The position numbers were made by a program, and so were the translations under genes. Below the pieces are notes generated by a model that ran no database searches, was not told where the DNA came from, and worked only from the letters and a program-made list of their open reading frames with translations. From assembly GCA_965222075.1 (NCBI GenBank), contig OZ244937.1, forward strand, positions 4,608,001-4,672,000: a stretch of 64,000 bases of DNA, given 5' to 3'. This DNA comes from Candidatus Latescibacterota bacterium (GTDB lineage Bacteria > Latescibacterota > UBA2968 > GCA-2709665). Below are positions 39,345-49,394 of the stretch, piece by piece (the first letter of the stretch is position 1; every line of letters begins with the position of its first letter).

Positions 39345-41129
39345 ATGTCTGAAATTGATCCGATTACGCGTGAGATTATGCAGAATGGGCTGGCGGCGGC
39401 GGCGGACGAGATGAGCGCGGCGCTGTACCGCACGGCTTATTCCACGATTGTGCGGGATTGTCTGGATTATTCCACGTCGCTGTGCAATGCAAGGGGTGAG
39501 ATGATCGCACAGGGGGTGACGATTCCGCTGCACTTGGGGTCGGTGCCGTTTGCGATGGGAGCGCTGTTTGAGCGGTTCGGGGAGGATATTGAACCGGGGG
39601 ATGTGTTTATTCTGAACGATCCGTTCGACGGGGGGATGCATATCCCGGATATTTTTATTGTGAAGCCGATTTTCTGGGAGGGCGAGCGTGTGGCGTTTGC
39701 GGTGAGCACGGCGCACCACTTAGATCTGGGGGGGCGGCTGCCGGGGAGTTCGGCCTGCGACAATACGGAGATTTTTCAGGAGGGGATTCGCATTCCGTGG
39801 CTGAAGCTTTATCGCCGGGGAGAGGCCGATGCGTCGATTTTTGCGTTGATCCGGGCGAACGTGCGGGTGCCCCAGATGACGATCGGGGATATCCGGGCGC
39901 AGCTGGCGGCCTGCCACATCGGGGAGCGGGCGACCCACACGCTGATCCAGCGGTACGGGCTGGAGACGTTTGTGGCATGTGCAGACGATTTGATCGATTA
40001 TACGGAGCGGCTGGTGCGGGCGGAGATCGCGTCGTGGCCGGACGGGTCGCATACGTTTACGGATTATTTGGACAGCGACGGGGTGGGCGGGCCCAGGGTG
40101 AAGGTCCAGGTGAGGGTGACGGTGAAAGGGGATTCGCTGAGGGCCGATTTTACGGGTACGGACCCACAGGTTCGCGGGGCGATCAACAGTACGCTCTCTT
40201 TTACGGCGGCGGTGGTGGCGCTTTGCGTGCGCGCGGTGATGCAGGAGGAGATTCCGAATACGGAGGGGATGTTCCGGCCGCTTGAAATTGTCGCGCCGGA
40301 AGGCACGCTGGTGAATGTGGTGATGCCGGGGGCGTCTTCGATGCGGGGGGTGACGGGGTTCCGGATGACGGATACGGTGTTCGGGGCGCTGGCCGGGCTG
40401 CTGCCGGACCGGGTGCTGGCTGCCGGAGAAGGGGGCAATACGCTGGTGATTTTCGGAGGGCAGCGGGAGGATCGGTCGCCGTATGTGTATTACGAGCTGC
40501 TGTCGGGGACGTGGGGGGCGCGGCCGGACCGGGACGGGAATGACGGGCTGTGCAATCCGGCCAATGTGGCGAGCAATATCCCGGTCGAGCAGGCGGAGTG
40601 CGAGTACCCGGTGCGGATCCAGCGCTACGGGCTGGTGCGCGACAGCGGGGGGGCCGGACAGTACCGCGGGGGGCTGGCGATCGAGCGGGAGTGGCAGCTG
40701 CTGGACGGAGAGGCGCACCTGGCGATTCGGTCGGACCGACGGGAGCACCTGCCGTACGGGCTTTGCGGGGGAAAGCCGGCGACGGGATCGGTTAACCTTC
40801 TTCACCACAAGGATGGCGCGGAGGTACTGCCGACGATGATTTCGACGTCGATAAAGGCCGGGGAGCGGATTTACCACCGCCAGGCCGGCGGCGGGGGCTG
40901 GGGCGATCCGTGTGCGCGCGATCCGGAGGCGGTAGCGCGTGATGTGAAGAACGGGAAGGTGTCAGTCGAGAAGGCGCGGGAGGACTACGGTGTGGTGCTG
41001 GATGAGGAGACACTGGCGGTGGATGAGGAGGGGACGGCAGAAGTGCGCAGGAAGCTCGACGCGGCGAGCGAGGACTACGGCAAAAGGGTAGAAGAGGCAG
41101 ACCGGCCGGTGAGTAACAGAACAGGCTGA
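39345..41129 (+). CDS. Hydantoinase/oxoprolinase subunit B (HyuB-like)
   Basis: RTAYS..RD..D, NDPFDGGMHIPD, AHHLDLGG, EIFQEG, DSGGAGQYRGG and GGGGWGDP. Confidence 0.93.
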   Translation: MSEIDPITREIMQNGLAAAADEMSAALYRTAYSTIVRDCLDYSTSLCNARGEMIAQGVTIPLHLGSVPFAMGALFERFGEDIEPGDVFILNDPFDGGMHIPDIFIVKPIFWEGERVAFAVSTAHHLDLGGRLPGSSACDNTEIFQEGIRIPWLKLYRRGEADASIFALIRANVRVPQMTIGDIRAQLAACHIGERATHTLIQRYGLETFVACADDLIDYTERLVRAEIASWPDGSHTFTDYLDSDGVGGPRVKVQVRVTVKGDSLRADFTGTDPQVRGAINSTLSFTAAVVALCVRAVMQEEIPNTEGMFRPLEIVAPEGTLVNVVMPGASSMRGVTGFRMTDTVFGALAGLLPDRVLAAGEGGNTLVIFGGQREDRSPYVYYELLSGTWGARPDRDGNDGLCNPANVASNIPVEQAECEYPVRIQRYGLVRDSGGAGQYRGGLAIEREWQLLDGEAHLAIRSDRREHLPYGLCGGKPATGSVNLLHHKDGAEVLPTMISTSIKAGERIYHRQAGGGGWGDPCARDPEAVARDVKNGKVSVEKAREDYGVVLDEETLAVDEEGTAEVRRKLDAASEDYGKRVEEADRPVSNRTG

Positions 41130-41859
41130 GACCGGTATCGCCGTTGTCCGCAGCTCCTGGAAAAAGAACGCCACCGCCATCACCTTGAACATCCCGGACG
41201 GAGAGTGCGACGTAACCGGGCACGCGCACGACGATCCCCTTGCCATCACATTTCTGGCGCACGAGGTGCCGATCCTGTGGCTCCCGTCGAACGAGCTTTA
41301 CATCCATGTCAATGGGCCTCGGCACCGTGGAAAGCCTGCTCGGGGCTATCCTTATTCCGACCTTTCAAAGTCCGTCGTTCTCCCTGATGGACAGCCAAGG
41401 TCTCGTCCCGAGGATCTGGTCAACGTTTGGGGCGTCGCTGCCGCTTCGGTCGAGAGTTCGCTCCGGGTCGGCACAGAATCGGTACTGACGGGAACGCTGA
41501 AGACCGAAGGCGGCTTCACATGGTCACGCGAAATACGTCTCGGATCCCGCAACGAATGGAACCTGACCGACTGCGCCCGGGGCGAGAGCAGAAAGCGTCA
41601 CAGGGCCCTCTTCCATTTCGACTACGGTGTCGAGGTCAGGCGCTCGCGCAGCGGCTTTCGCGCAGTTCGCGGCAATGTGGTGGTCGGGATTGACCTTGAA
41701 AGCAACAGGTTGGGGACGACGAAGCTTCGGCGGAACGTCAAATGGCTACGACCGAACGCTCACCGTCGCGGACAGCCTGCACCATGGCTCCTCGAGGTGC
41801 CGTTCGGAGGAAGCGGAGACGACGTGCTGGAGACGAGGTTCAGAATAGAGAGACCATAG
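41113..41859 (+). pseudogene. C-terminal fragment of a heparinase II/III-like protein
   Basis: ETGIAVVRSSW..GHAHDDPLAI (HxHxD). An in-frame TGA at 41110-41112 lies just upstream, and there is no N-terminal domain. Confidence 0.55.
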
Positions 41860-41886
41860 ATAAATGAATGGGCGATCGGAGGGCAG

Positions 41887-43479
41887 ATGGTCGACCTGCT
41901 GATTCAGGGGGGGACGGTCGTTGACGGGACGGGCGGGCCTGCTTTTCAGGCCGATGTGGCGGTGAGAGGCGGACGGATTTTCGAGGTCGGATTGGTTGAG
42001 GTGCCGGAGGGCGTGCCGGTGCTGGATGCCCGGGGGCTTGTGGTGGCGCCGGGGTTTATCGATATTCACAGCCATTCGGATTTTACGCTGGTGGTCGATC
42101 CGCGGGCGGTGAGTTCGATTACGCAGGGTGTGACGCTCGAAGTGGTGGGCAACTGCGGGCACGGGTGCGCGCCCATCGGCGATCCGGAACTGGCCAGGAC
42201 GAATATTTACGGCTGCCAGAGGGGGCACGAGATCCGGTGGCGCACAGTGGCCGAATACTTGGATTGCCTGGAGGCAGGCGGGCCGGCGGTGAATGTGCTG
42301 ACCCTGGTGCCGAACGGCAATTTGCGCCTCGCCACAGCCGGGCTGGTGGACCGCCCCTCGACGCCGGATGAGTTGAAGCGGATGGAGCATCTGCTCACGC
42401 AGGGCCTGGAGGAGGGGGCGTTCGGGTTTTCCACGGGGCTGGAATACGGGCCGGAGCGGGCGTGCACGGAAGCGGAGGTCGTGGCGCTGTGCCAGGTCGC
42501 TGCCGATGCGGGCGGTTTGTATGCGACCCATACCCGCAACCGGGAGGGGGAGGCGCAGGAGAGCATCGCGGAGGCGATCCGCACCGGGGCCACTGCGGAT
42601 GTGCCGCTGCAGATTTCTCACATTTCCGTGGTCGCGCGGCTGGCCGAGGATGGGCGGTGGGCGGTTGAGAATGCCCTCGAGCAGGTGGACCGGGCGCGGG
42701 AGAAGGGGTTGGATGTGGGGTTTGACATGCATACGCGGCTGTTCGGGACGACCCATTTGAGCGCGGCGCTGCCGCCCTGGGCGCTGGAGGGAGGCCCGGG
42801 GGAGGTCGTTGCGCGGCTGGGGGACCCCGCCGTGCGCAGGGAGATGAAGGCCTGCCACAGCATTATTACCGCGCTGGCCCGGGACGGTTGGGACCGGATC
42901 GTCCTTTTTGATTGTCCCGCCCAGCGGGAGCTGTCCCAAAAGAGCATCGCCGAGATCGGTGAGCGGATGGGCGTGGAACCGCTGGAGGCGATTTATGACC
43001 TTCTGCTGGCTGGAATCGACGATCTGCATGGCCTGATGGTGATCGCCTTCAGCTACCGGGAGGAGGACATCCGGGTCGCTTTTGAGCATCCCGGCTGCAT
43101 GGTCGGCTCCGACGCCACGGCGCTGGCGACCGACGGGCCGCTTAAGAACAGCACTTTTCACGGCGCTTATACGTGGGCGGGCTGGTTTTACCGGCACTTT
43201 GTAAGGGATACCGCGACATTTAGCCCGGAGGAGGCCATCCGCAGGTTGACGTCGCTCCCGGCCGGCCGACTCGGGTTGAAGGACCGCGGGGTGATCCGTA
43301 AGGGTGCCTGGGGAGATCTGGCGATTTTCGATTCGGATCGGTTTGGCGAGCGGGGGACGACATTTGAGCCGAACCGGACGGCCAAGGGGATGGTTCATGT
43401 TGTGGTGAATGGGGCGGTCAGCTTGAAGGACGGAGCGTTGACCGGAAAACGCAATGGACAGGTATTACGGCGAGTATAG
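41887..43479 (+). CDS. N-acyl-D-amino acid deacylase (D-aminoacylase) family amidohydrolase
   Basis: GGTVVDGTG, PGFIDIHSHSD, GNCG, STGLEY, ISH, GSD and RG.I..G..GDLAIFD. Confidence 0.9.
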   Translation: MVDLLIQGGTVVDGTGGPAFQADVAVRGGRIFEVGLVEVPEGVPVLDARGLVVAPGFIDIHSHSDFTLVVDPRAVSSITQGVTLEVVGNCGHGCAPIGDPELARTNIYGCQRGHEIRWRTVAEYLDCLEAGGPAVNVLTLVPNGNLRLATAGLVDRPSTPDELKRMEHLLTQGLEEGAFGFSTGLEYGPERACTEAEVVALCQVAADAGGLYATHTRNREGEAQESIAEAIRTGATADVPLQISHISVVARLAEDGRWAVENALEQVDRAREKGLDVGFDMHTRLFGTTHLSAALPPWALEGGPGEVVARLGDPAVRREMKACHSIITALARDGWDRIVLFDCPAQRELSQKSIAEIGERMGVEPLEAIYDLLLAGIDDLHGLMVIAFSYREEDIRVAFEHPGCMVGSDATALATDGPLKNSTFHGAYTWAGWFYRHFVRDTATFSPEEAIRRLTSLPAGRLGLKDRGVIRKGAWGDLAIFDSDRFGERGTTFEPNRTAKGMVHVVVNGAVSLKDGALTGKRNGQVLRRV

Positions 43480-43489
43480 GAGGTCCAAG

Positions 43490-44659
43490 ATGCTTCAAAA
43501 GGCTGATGCGGTGGTGATTGGAGGCGGGATTATGGGGGCCAGTGTCGCCCATTTCCTTGCGAGGAAAGGGATTGGCAAGGTTGCGCTGTTGGAGAAACGG
43601 ACGCTGGCCGCCGTGAGTACGGGGCACTCGGCGGCAGTGGTCAGGACATTCTACTCCAATCCACTGACGATCGAGCTTGCCAAGCGCGCGCTGGAGATGT
43701 TCGGCAATGATCAGGATGCCCTCGGCGGCGATTGCGGATTTCGAAGAATCGGGTATCTGTGTCTGCTGGGAGCGCACACCCGCGAGGCCGGACGGGAGGT
43801 GCTCAAGTGCCTGACGGCGCAACATGTGGATGCGAAGGAAGTTTCGCCCGATGAGGTCAGAGGGCTTCTGCCGCAGATCAGTCTGGACTCGGTGGTTGGA
43901 GGGATCTACGAACCGCAATCCGGATACGCCGATCCGGTGAAGACCACCCGGAGCCTGGTGGAAGGTGCGAAGAGATGGGGCCTGGATGCATACGAGGGGG
44001 CGGCGGTGGTGGGCATTCGGCTGGAAGGCAATCGCGTTGCGGGGGTTGAGACCGAACAGGGAATGATCCAGACCCGGGTGGCGGTGAATGCAGCCGGTCC
44101 CTGGGGCCGTCATCTGGGGCTGTCGGCCGGGTTGAACTATTCCATAAGGTGGAGCCGGGAATGCGACATGGTGCTTCGCCTCCCGTCCGATTTCGGGACG
44201 TTTCCGCTCATCTCGGATACGAACCTCCGGGTTTATTTCAGACCGGAGGGCGATCATGAGGTCCTGATAGGTCTGGGGTGGCCCAAGGAGGTCGAGCCGC
44301 TGGATATCGATACCTACGATCCCAAACTGGGTGCCGCAACCCGGGAACGCATCGAACAGGGGATGTTCCAGCGGGTGCCGGCGCTTCGGGAGGCGGACTA
44401 CGTGAGGGGATGGACGTCTCTGTATACGATTACGGATGACTGGCATCCGGTGGTGGGACCGGAGCCTGAATTGGAGGGATACTATGCCTGCTTCGGTGGC
44501 AGCGGACACGGGTTCAAGCTGGGACCGTCGCTGGGAGAGGCGTTGAGCGATGTGATTTTGGGCAATACGCCAGAGATTGACATTCACGCGTTTCGTCCAG
44601 GCAGGTTTATGGAAGGAGAGAGTTTTTCCTCGGTGTGGGGAGGGGGGAACAGGGCATAG
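43490..44659 (+). CDS. FAD-dependent oxidoreductase (DAO/sarcosine oxidase beta-like)
   Basis: VIGGGIMG, NAAGPW, TDDWHPVVG and GSGHGFK; AGGAGG RBS. Confidence 0.88.
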   Translation: MLQKADAVVIGGGIMGASVAHFLARKGIGKVALLEKRTLAAVSTGHSAAVVRTFYSNPLTIELAKRALEMFGNDQDALGGDCGFRRIGYLCLLGAHTREAGREVLKCLTAQHVDAKEVSPDEVRGLLPQISLDSVVGGIYEPQSGYADPVKTTRSLVEGAKRWGLDAYEGAAVVGIRLEGNRVAGVETEQGMIQTRVAVNAAGPWGRHLGLSAGLNYSIRWSRECDMVLRLPSDFGTFPLISDTNLRVYFRPEGDHEVLIGLGWPKEVEPLDIDTYDPKLGAATRERIEQGMFQRVPALREADYVRGWTSLYTITDDWHPVVGPEPELEGYYACFGGSGHGFKLGPSLGEALSDVILGNTPEIDIHAFRPGRFMEGESFSSVWGGGNRA

Positions 44660-44660
44660 G

Positions 44661-44780
44661 GACCCTTCCCACAGCCCCTCTCCGACACGGGGAGGGGAGA
44701 AAACTGTGCCTATAACAAACTCTGGCAGAATAAGTTACTCCTCCCCTCCCTCTCGGGGAAGGGAGGCCTGGGGGTTAGGT
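44661..44780. repeat. REP-like double-hairpin intergenic element
   Basis: Hairpins CCCCTCTCC..GGGGAGGGG (44675-44697) and CTCCCCTCCC..GGGAAGGGAG (44741-44765) followed by GGGGTTAGG. Confidence 0.6.
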
Positions 44781-44783
44781 AAA

Positions 44784-46691
44784 ATGACAGGTTCGGAACC
44801 AGAATATGGAATTGTCGTGGCCAAGGATGTGATGGTGTCCATGCGCGATGGGGTGCGGCTGGCTACCGATGTTTACCGGCCTGCGGTTGACGGGGAACCG
44901 GTGGCTGGCAGATTTCCGGCGATTCTGGGGCGGACGTCGTACGATAAGAGCAGTCCGCAGATGTGGGTTGAGCCGGTGGGGGTGTTTTTTGCCAGGCGGG
45001 GATATGTGGCGGTGATTCAGGATCTGCGCGGCCGGCACCGGTCAGAAGGTACGGGGCAGTACTTTCATACGGCCAATCCGGGTGAGGGACGGGACGGCTA
45101 CGATACGGTGGCGTGGATTGCGGAACAGCCCTGGTCGAACGGGCGGGTGGGCACGGTGGGGAGTTCACACGGGGCGATCGTGCAGGCGGTGATGGCGCTG
45201 TACCGGCCGCCGCATCTGACGGCGATGTGGCAGGATGTGGGGCCGACCAATATGTACGCGCACTGCTCCCGGGAGGGGGGCGCGATGGGGCTTCACATGT
45301 TCGCGGCTCTGTTCTTGCACGGGCACGATGCCCAGGAGATCCGGGATGACCCGGCAGCCGTGCAGTCGTTTGTGGATGCGATGGAGCGGATGCGGGAACT
45401 GGTTTATTCCACGCCGTTCAAGCCGGGGAATACGCCATTGTCCCTGGTGCCCAATCTGGAGAAGGTGCTTTTCGATTATTACTATCGCGGCGAGTACGAT
45501 GCGTTCTGGCAACAGGACTGCTGCGATCAGGAGCGCTACTTCGACCGGCACGGCGATATCCCTTCGGTGTTCAGCGGCGGCTGGTACGATCCGTTCGCAG
45601 GCGCTACGACGAATTATTTCGCGGCGATGTCGAAACAGAACCGGACGCCCCAGCGGTTGCTGATGGGCCCCTGGAACCACGGGGGTATACGCGGACAGGG
45701 ATGTTCTTTTGCGGGCGATGTGGATTTCGGTCCTGACTCGGCGTGGGGAGACGAGGTGTACAACGAGGAGCGGTTGCGCTGGTTCGACCACTGGCTGAAG
45801 GATGTTTCCGACGGTGTGGGGGAAGATCCCCCGGTGCGTATTTTTGTGATGGGAGGGGGAGATGGTCGGCGCAACCGGGAGGGTCGTTTGAACCACGGCG
45901 GCGTGTGGCGTTCGGAGCAAGAGTGGCCCCTGGCCCGCACGGAGTACACGGCGTATTACTTCCACAGCGGCGGCCAACTGAGTCCGGAGACTCCGGGTGA
46001 GGGCGAAGCGCCGGAGCGGTATCGGCACGATCCGGACCATCCGGTGCCCACGGTCGCGGGGCATGTGACCGGCTTTTACGAGATGGTGCCGCTTGGGGAA
46101 GGGATGGCCGCGAGGTACACGCCGCCCAGGGCGCGGATGCGCAGCATTGTTCTGGACGGCGCAGCCCATCAGCAGGAGGCGTCGGGTATTGTGGGTGCCG
46201 GGCCGCCGTATTTGCCCCTGGCATCCCGGGCGGATGTGCTCGTTTTTCAGACGGCTCCGCTGGAAGAGGATGTGGAGGTGACCGGGCCGATGGTGGTGAA
46301 TCTTCGGATCTCATCCTCGGCCGTGGACACGGACTTTACGGCGAAGCTGATTGACGTCTATCCTCCAAACGAGGACTATCCGTCGGGCTATCACATGAAT
46401 CTGGTCGACTCCATTATCCGCACGCGCTACCGGAACGGGTGGGAGGCGGCCGAGATGATGACGCCCGGCGAGGTGTATCCCGTCCGGATCAATCTGCCGC
46501 CGACCAGCAATTTGTTCAAGGGCGGTCATCGGATCCGGGTGGATATCTCCAGCAGCAATTTCCCCCGATTCGATGTGAATCCGAATACCGGCGAGCCGAT
46601 GGGACGGCACACCCATACCGTTGTGGCCCACAATACGGTGTACGTGGACCGTGCGCAGCCTTCGCATATTGTGCTGCCGATTATTCCGTAG
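44784..46691 (+). CDS. CocE/NonD family hydrolase (second paralog)
   Basis: MRDGVRLATDVYRP, QDLRGRHRSEG, GSSHGA, GGWYD, GPWNH and SSSNFPRFDVNPNTG. Confidence 0.92.
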   Translation: MTGSEPEYGIVVAKDVMVSMRDGVRLATDVYRPAVDGEPVAGRFPAILGRTSYDKSSPQMWVEPVGVFFARRGYVAVIQDLRGRHRSEGTGQYFHTANPGEGRDGYDTVAWIAEQPWSNGRVGTVGSSHGAIVQAVMALYRPPHLTAMWQDVGPTNMYAHCSREGGAMGLHMFAALFLHGHDAQEIRDDPAAVQSFVDAMERMRELVYSTPFKPGNTPLSLVPNLEKVLFDYYYRGEYDAFWQQDCCDQERYFDRHGDIPSVFSGGWYDPFAGATTNYFAAMSKQNRTPQRLLMGPWNHGGIRGQGCSFAGDVDFGPDSAWGDEVYNEERLRWFDHWLKDVSDGVGEDPPVRIFVMGGGDGRRNREGRLNHGGVWRSEQEWPLARTEYTAYYFHSGGQLSPETPGEGEAPERYRHDPDHPVPTVAGHVTGFYEMVPLGEGMAARYTPPRARMRSIVLDGAAHQQEASGIVGAGPPYLPLASRADVLVFQTAPLEEDVEVTGPMVVNLRISSSAVDTDFTAKLIDVYPPNEDYPSGYHMNLVDSIIRTRYRNGWEAAEMMTPGEVYPVRINLPPTSNLFKGGHRIRVDISSSNFPRFDVNPNTGEPMGRHTHTVVAHNTVYVDRAQPSHIVLPIIP

Positions 46692-46779
46692 ATTCAAGGA
46701 ATGTAAGACAGAGGGCCACGAACATGGCCGTTCCCACAGGCCGGATACGGTGGTCGTTTGATTTATGAAGGGGAGCCGC

Positions 46780-47505
46780 ATGAAACTGAGTGAAGACCAG
46801 ATGCAGCAGTATCGGGATGAGGGATATACCGTGGTGCGCGGGCTGATTACGGCAGAAGAGGCAGGAGGGGTGCGGGACCGATTGGTGGGGTTGATGGAAG
46901 GGGATCACGATTGGCCCGATCTGCATTTCCAGGTACTCGATCCATCAAAGTTTCGCAATAAGCAGGGCGGATTCGTGCCGGTTGGCGTGCAGCGGCCGGC
47001 CAGGCAGGAGGCGGTTTTTAAAGATGTTGCGGATCATCCGAACCTGCAAAGCGCGATGTCGCAACTGCTAAGAGGGCCGGTCAAGCGGTTGACGGATCAG
47101 GCGCTGATCAAAAGTCCGGGGATTAGCGGGGAGTCGTTTTACCATCAGGATTCGTATTACTGGAAGGTAGAGCCCCAAAAGGGCTGCAACGCCTGGATCG
47201 CGCTGGACGAGGTGGGAGAAGGGGCAAGCGCGCTTGCGATTATGCCGGGCACACACAAGGACTGGACGCTGATTGAGCACGAGCGGTATTTCGACGAGCC
47301 CAACTACTACAGCGCCCAGACGGGGGAGGCGTTTCAGCGCTGGCGCGTTCCACTGGACGAAATCGATTTTTCCGGGGAGGCGCTGCTGCCGATGTCGGTG
47401 GGAGACGCGGCGTTTTTCACCAATTATACCTGGCACCGATCCGAGCCGAATACGACGGAGAGCCACAAGGCCGCTTATGCGATTGCGTACTGGCTGGAGG
47501 AGTAA
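46780..47505 (+). CDS. Phytanoyl-CoA dioxygenase (PhyH) family Fe(II)/2-oxoglutarate oxygenase
   Basis: YRDEGY, HQD..YW, WIALD, PGTH and HRS.PN (HxD...H triad). Confidence 0.88.
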   Translation: MKLSEDQMQQYRDEGYTVVRGLITAEEAGGVRDRLVGLMEGDHDWPDLHFQVLDPSKFRNKQGGFVPVGVQRPARQEAVFKDVADHPNLQSAMSQLLRGPVKRLTDQALIKSPGISGESFYHQDSYYWKVEPQKGCNAWIALDEVGEGASALAIMPGTHKDWTLIEHERYFDEPNYYSAQTGEAFQRWRVPLDEIDFSGEALLPMSVGDAAFFTNYTWHRSEPNTTESHKAAYAIAYWLEE

Positions 47506-47624
47506 TGTGCAGGTGGACTATTTGCTGCCGGTGTCGCGGGTGTCTGGAGACCCCTGTCGAGGCGATTTCGGACCGGATCGGCGAGATCAGGATCTGATTG
47601 TTCGCGTTCACAAGGAGGGAGCGT

Positions 47625-48413
47625 ATGCGTCTTCTGGTGATCAATCCCTTTGGGGATACGGAGTTCTACGGTCGGGAGAATCTGGAACGCATCGCGCGTC
47701 CGGACACCGACTTCGATATGGTCAATATTTCGGATATGTACCCGCTGCGCAACAACCAGTGGCTCTACTTCCGGTATATGTGCACGGACGGTACGCTGGA
47801 AAAGGCGCTTTGGGCAGAGCAGGAGGGCTACGATGCGATTTTCATCTCCTGCTGCTTAGACATCGGCCTCTACGAGGCGCGACAACTGGTGGATATCCCC
47901 GTGACCGCCACGCTGGAGTCGGCTGCCCTGGTCGCGCATATGATGGGCGCGAGCTATTCACTGGTTCCGGTGGACTATCAAAACGGGAAGATCCAGGAGA
48001 TGCTGTTGACCACCTACGGACTGCACGATCACTTTGTTTCGCTGCGTCCGTTCCACATCGACGCCAACGACCTCTATCCGGACCAGACGCAGTCCCCGCA
48101 GGTTGTTGAGGCCGTGACGGAGGCCGCCCGCGCATGTGTGCAGCAGGACGGGGCCGAGGTGGTGATTCCGGGGTGTACGCTGGCGAGTTCCGTGCTGACC
48201 CACGAGGTGTCCGATGCAGAATCCGCTGTGGGCGCTCCCGTGGTGGACGGTATGGTGACCGGGTTCAAGATGGCGGAGATGATGGCCGAGCTCCATGCGG
48301 CGGGTGTTCCCACCATCAGCCGTCGGGGCTGGTTTGAAAAGCCCCCGGCAGAGGATTTTGCCGCTCTGCGCAATTTTCTGGGGCGGCCGGTATTGGATAA
48401 AACCGAGGTTTGA
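47625..48413 (+). CDS. Asp/Glu/hydantoin racemase family protein
   Basis: LVINP, AEQEGYDAIFISCC.D.G, GAEVVIPGCT and PVVDG; two catalytic Cys positions present. Confidence 0.88.
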   Translation: MRLLVINPFGDTEFYGRENLERIARPDTDFDMVNISDMYPLRNNQWLYFRYMCTDGTLEKALWAEQEGYDAIFISCCLDIGLYEARQLVDIPVTATLESAALVAHMMGASYSLVPVDYQNGKIQEMLLTTYGLHDHFVSLRPFHIDANDLYPDQTQSPQVVEAVTEAARACVQQDGAEVVIPGCTLASSVLTHEVSDAESAVGAPVVDGMVTGFKMAEMMAELHAAGVPTISRRGWFEKPPAEDFAALRNFLGRPVLDKTEV

Positions 48414-48448
48414 TCAAACGGGTCGATACCAGGAAAAGGAGGGGTTAG

Positions 48449-49345
48449 ATGGCCGAACTCACGCACAATGCCGAGACGGATTCGTTCGATTTTGAGACAG
48501 AGGAGATGGCGGGCAGCATTCAGGCCGGGGGGGCTTATCACGGGGTTTCTCAGCTGGTTGACAAGCGCACGGGGCGGCAGGTGATCCATCCGGACTATTC
48601 CGCGCTGAACCTGTTTCGGCTCTTTGCGGTCCACCAGGGGATGGACCAGCCCCGGACGATGGAACGCACGATAGAGGTCCAGGCGGATGCCGTAGAGGTG
48701 CACTGGGCGGCGACGAACGCGCACCAGGGGGAACTGACTGCCCGGTACGAGGTGACGGCACCGAATTGTGTCGATCTGACGGTCAGACTGCGGTGTGAGG
48801 GGACGTATGCGGGCTACGAGTTGTTTTTGTCGAACTATTTTGACAAGGTGTTTCGCCCACACGTGTATTTGCAAAGGGACCGATACGGAGGGCAGCAGGG
48901 AGAGCCGGAGCTGGTTGTGCCGATGGTGAACGATGTGTTTCGGGGAACGCTGCCGGTGTTTGCCCGGGATCCGCACGCCGCACGCCGGTGCGTGGACGGG
49001 CGGTGGAACCGCAGCGAGTGGAATTCTCCGACGGTGCAGATGTGTCCGGTGCGCTATTATGCGTATCCCCTGGCTTTTATGACGGACCCGGAAAACCGGC
49101 TGGGGGTGATGCTGATGTCCCTGCCTCAGCACTGCTATGCGATCAGCACACGCTACCACGTGGAGGATGAAGCCGACCGGATGACCGATTACAGCGCGTT
49201 CGATTTTTCGCTGTTTGGAGACGATCTGGTTCCGGGAGACGAGTGCACGGTGAAGGTACGGCTGGCGCTGACGCCGGTTGATGACAGTCTGGCTCAACCC
49301 CTTGCGTGTTACCAGGCGTTTGCGGTCGAAGGCGACAGGTCGTAA
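48449..49345 (+). CDS. Hypothetical protein, probably beta-rich
   Basis: 298-aa ORF with AGGAGG RBS and operon-like spacing; no motif recognised. Confidence 0.7.
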   Translation: MAELTHNAETDSFDFETEEMAGSIQAGGAYHGVSQLVDKRTGRQVIHPDYSALNLFRLFAVHQGMDQPRTMERTIEVQADAVEVHWAATNAHQGELTARYEVTAPNCVDLTVRLRCEGTYAGYELFLSNYFDKVFRPHVYLQRDRYGGQQGEPELVVPMVNDVFRGTLPVFARDPHAARRCVDGRWNRSEWNSPTVQMCPVRYYAYPLAFMTDPENRLGVMLMSLPQHCYAISTRYHVEDEADRMTDYSAFDFSLFGDDLVPGDECTVKVRLALTPVDDSLAQPLACYQAFAVEGDRS

Positions 49346-49368
49346 AGAAACTGCTCGAACCGGACGAT

Positions 49369-49394
49369 CCCCGGCCAAAGGCCGGGGCTTTTCT
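49369..49394 (+). terminator. Putative intrinsic terminator ending the catabolic operon
   Basis: CCCCGGCC-AAA-GGCCGGGG followed by CTTTTCT. Confidence 0.6.

Noticed and set aside
47505-47597. Small Cys-rich ORF (MCRWTICCRCRGC...) overlapping the PhyH stop
   Set aside because: Only 30 codons with no recognisable family; could be chance or a decayed remnant.
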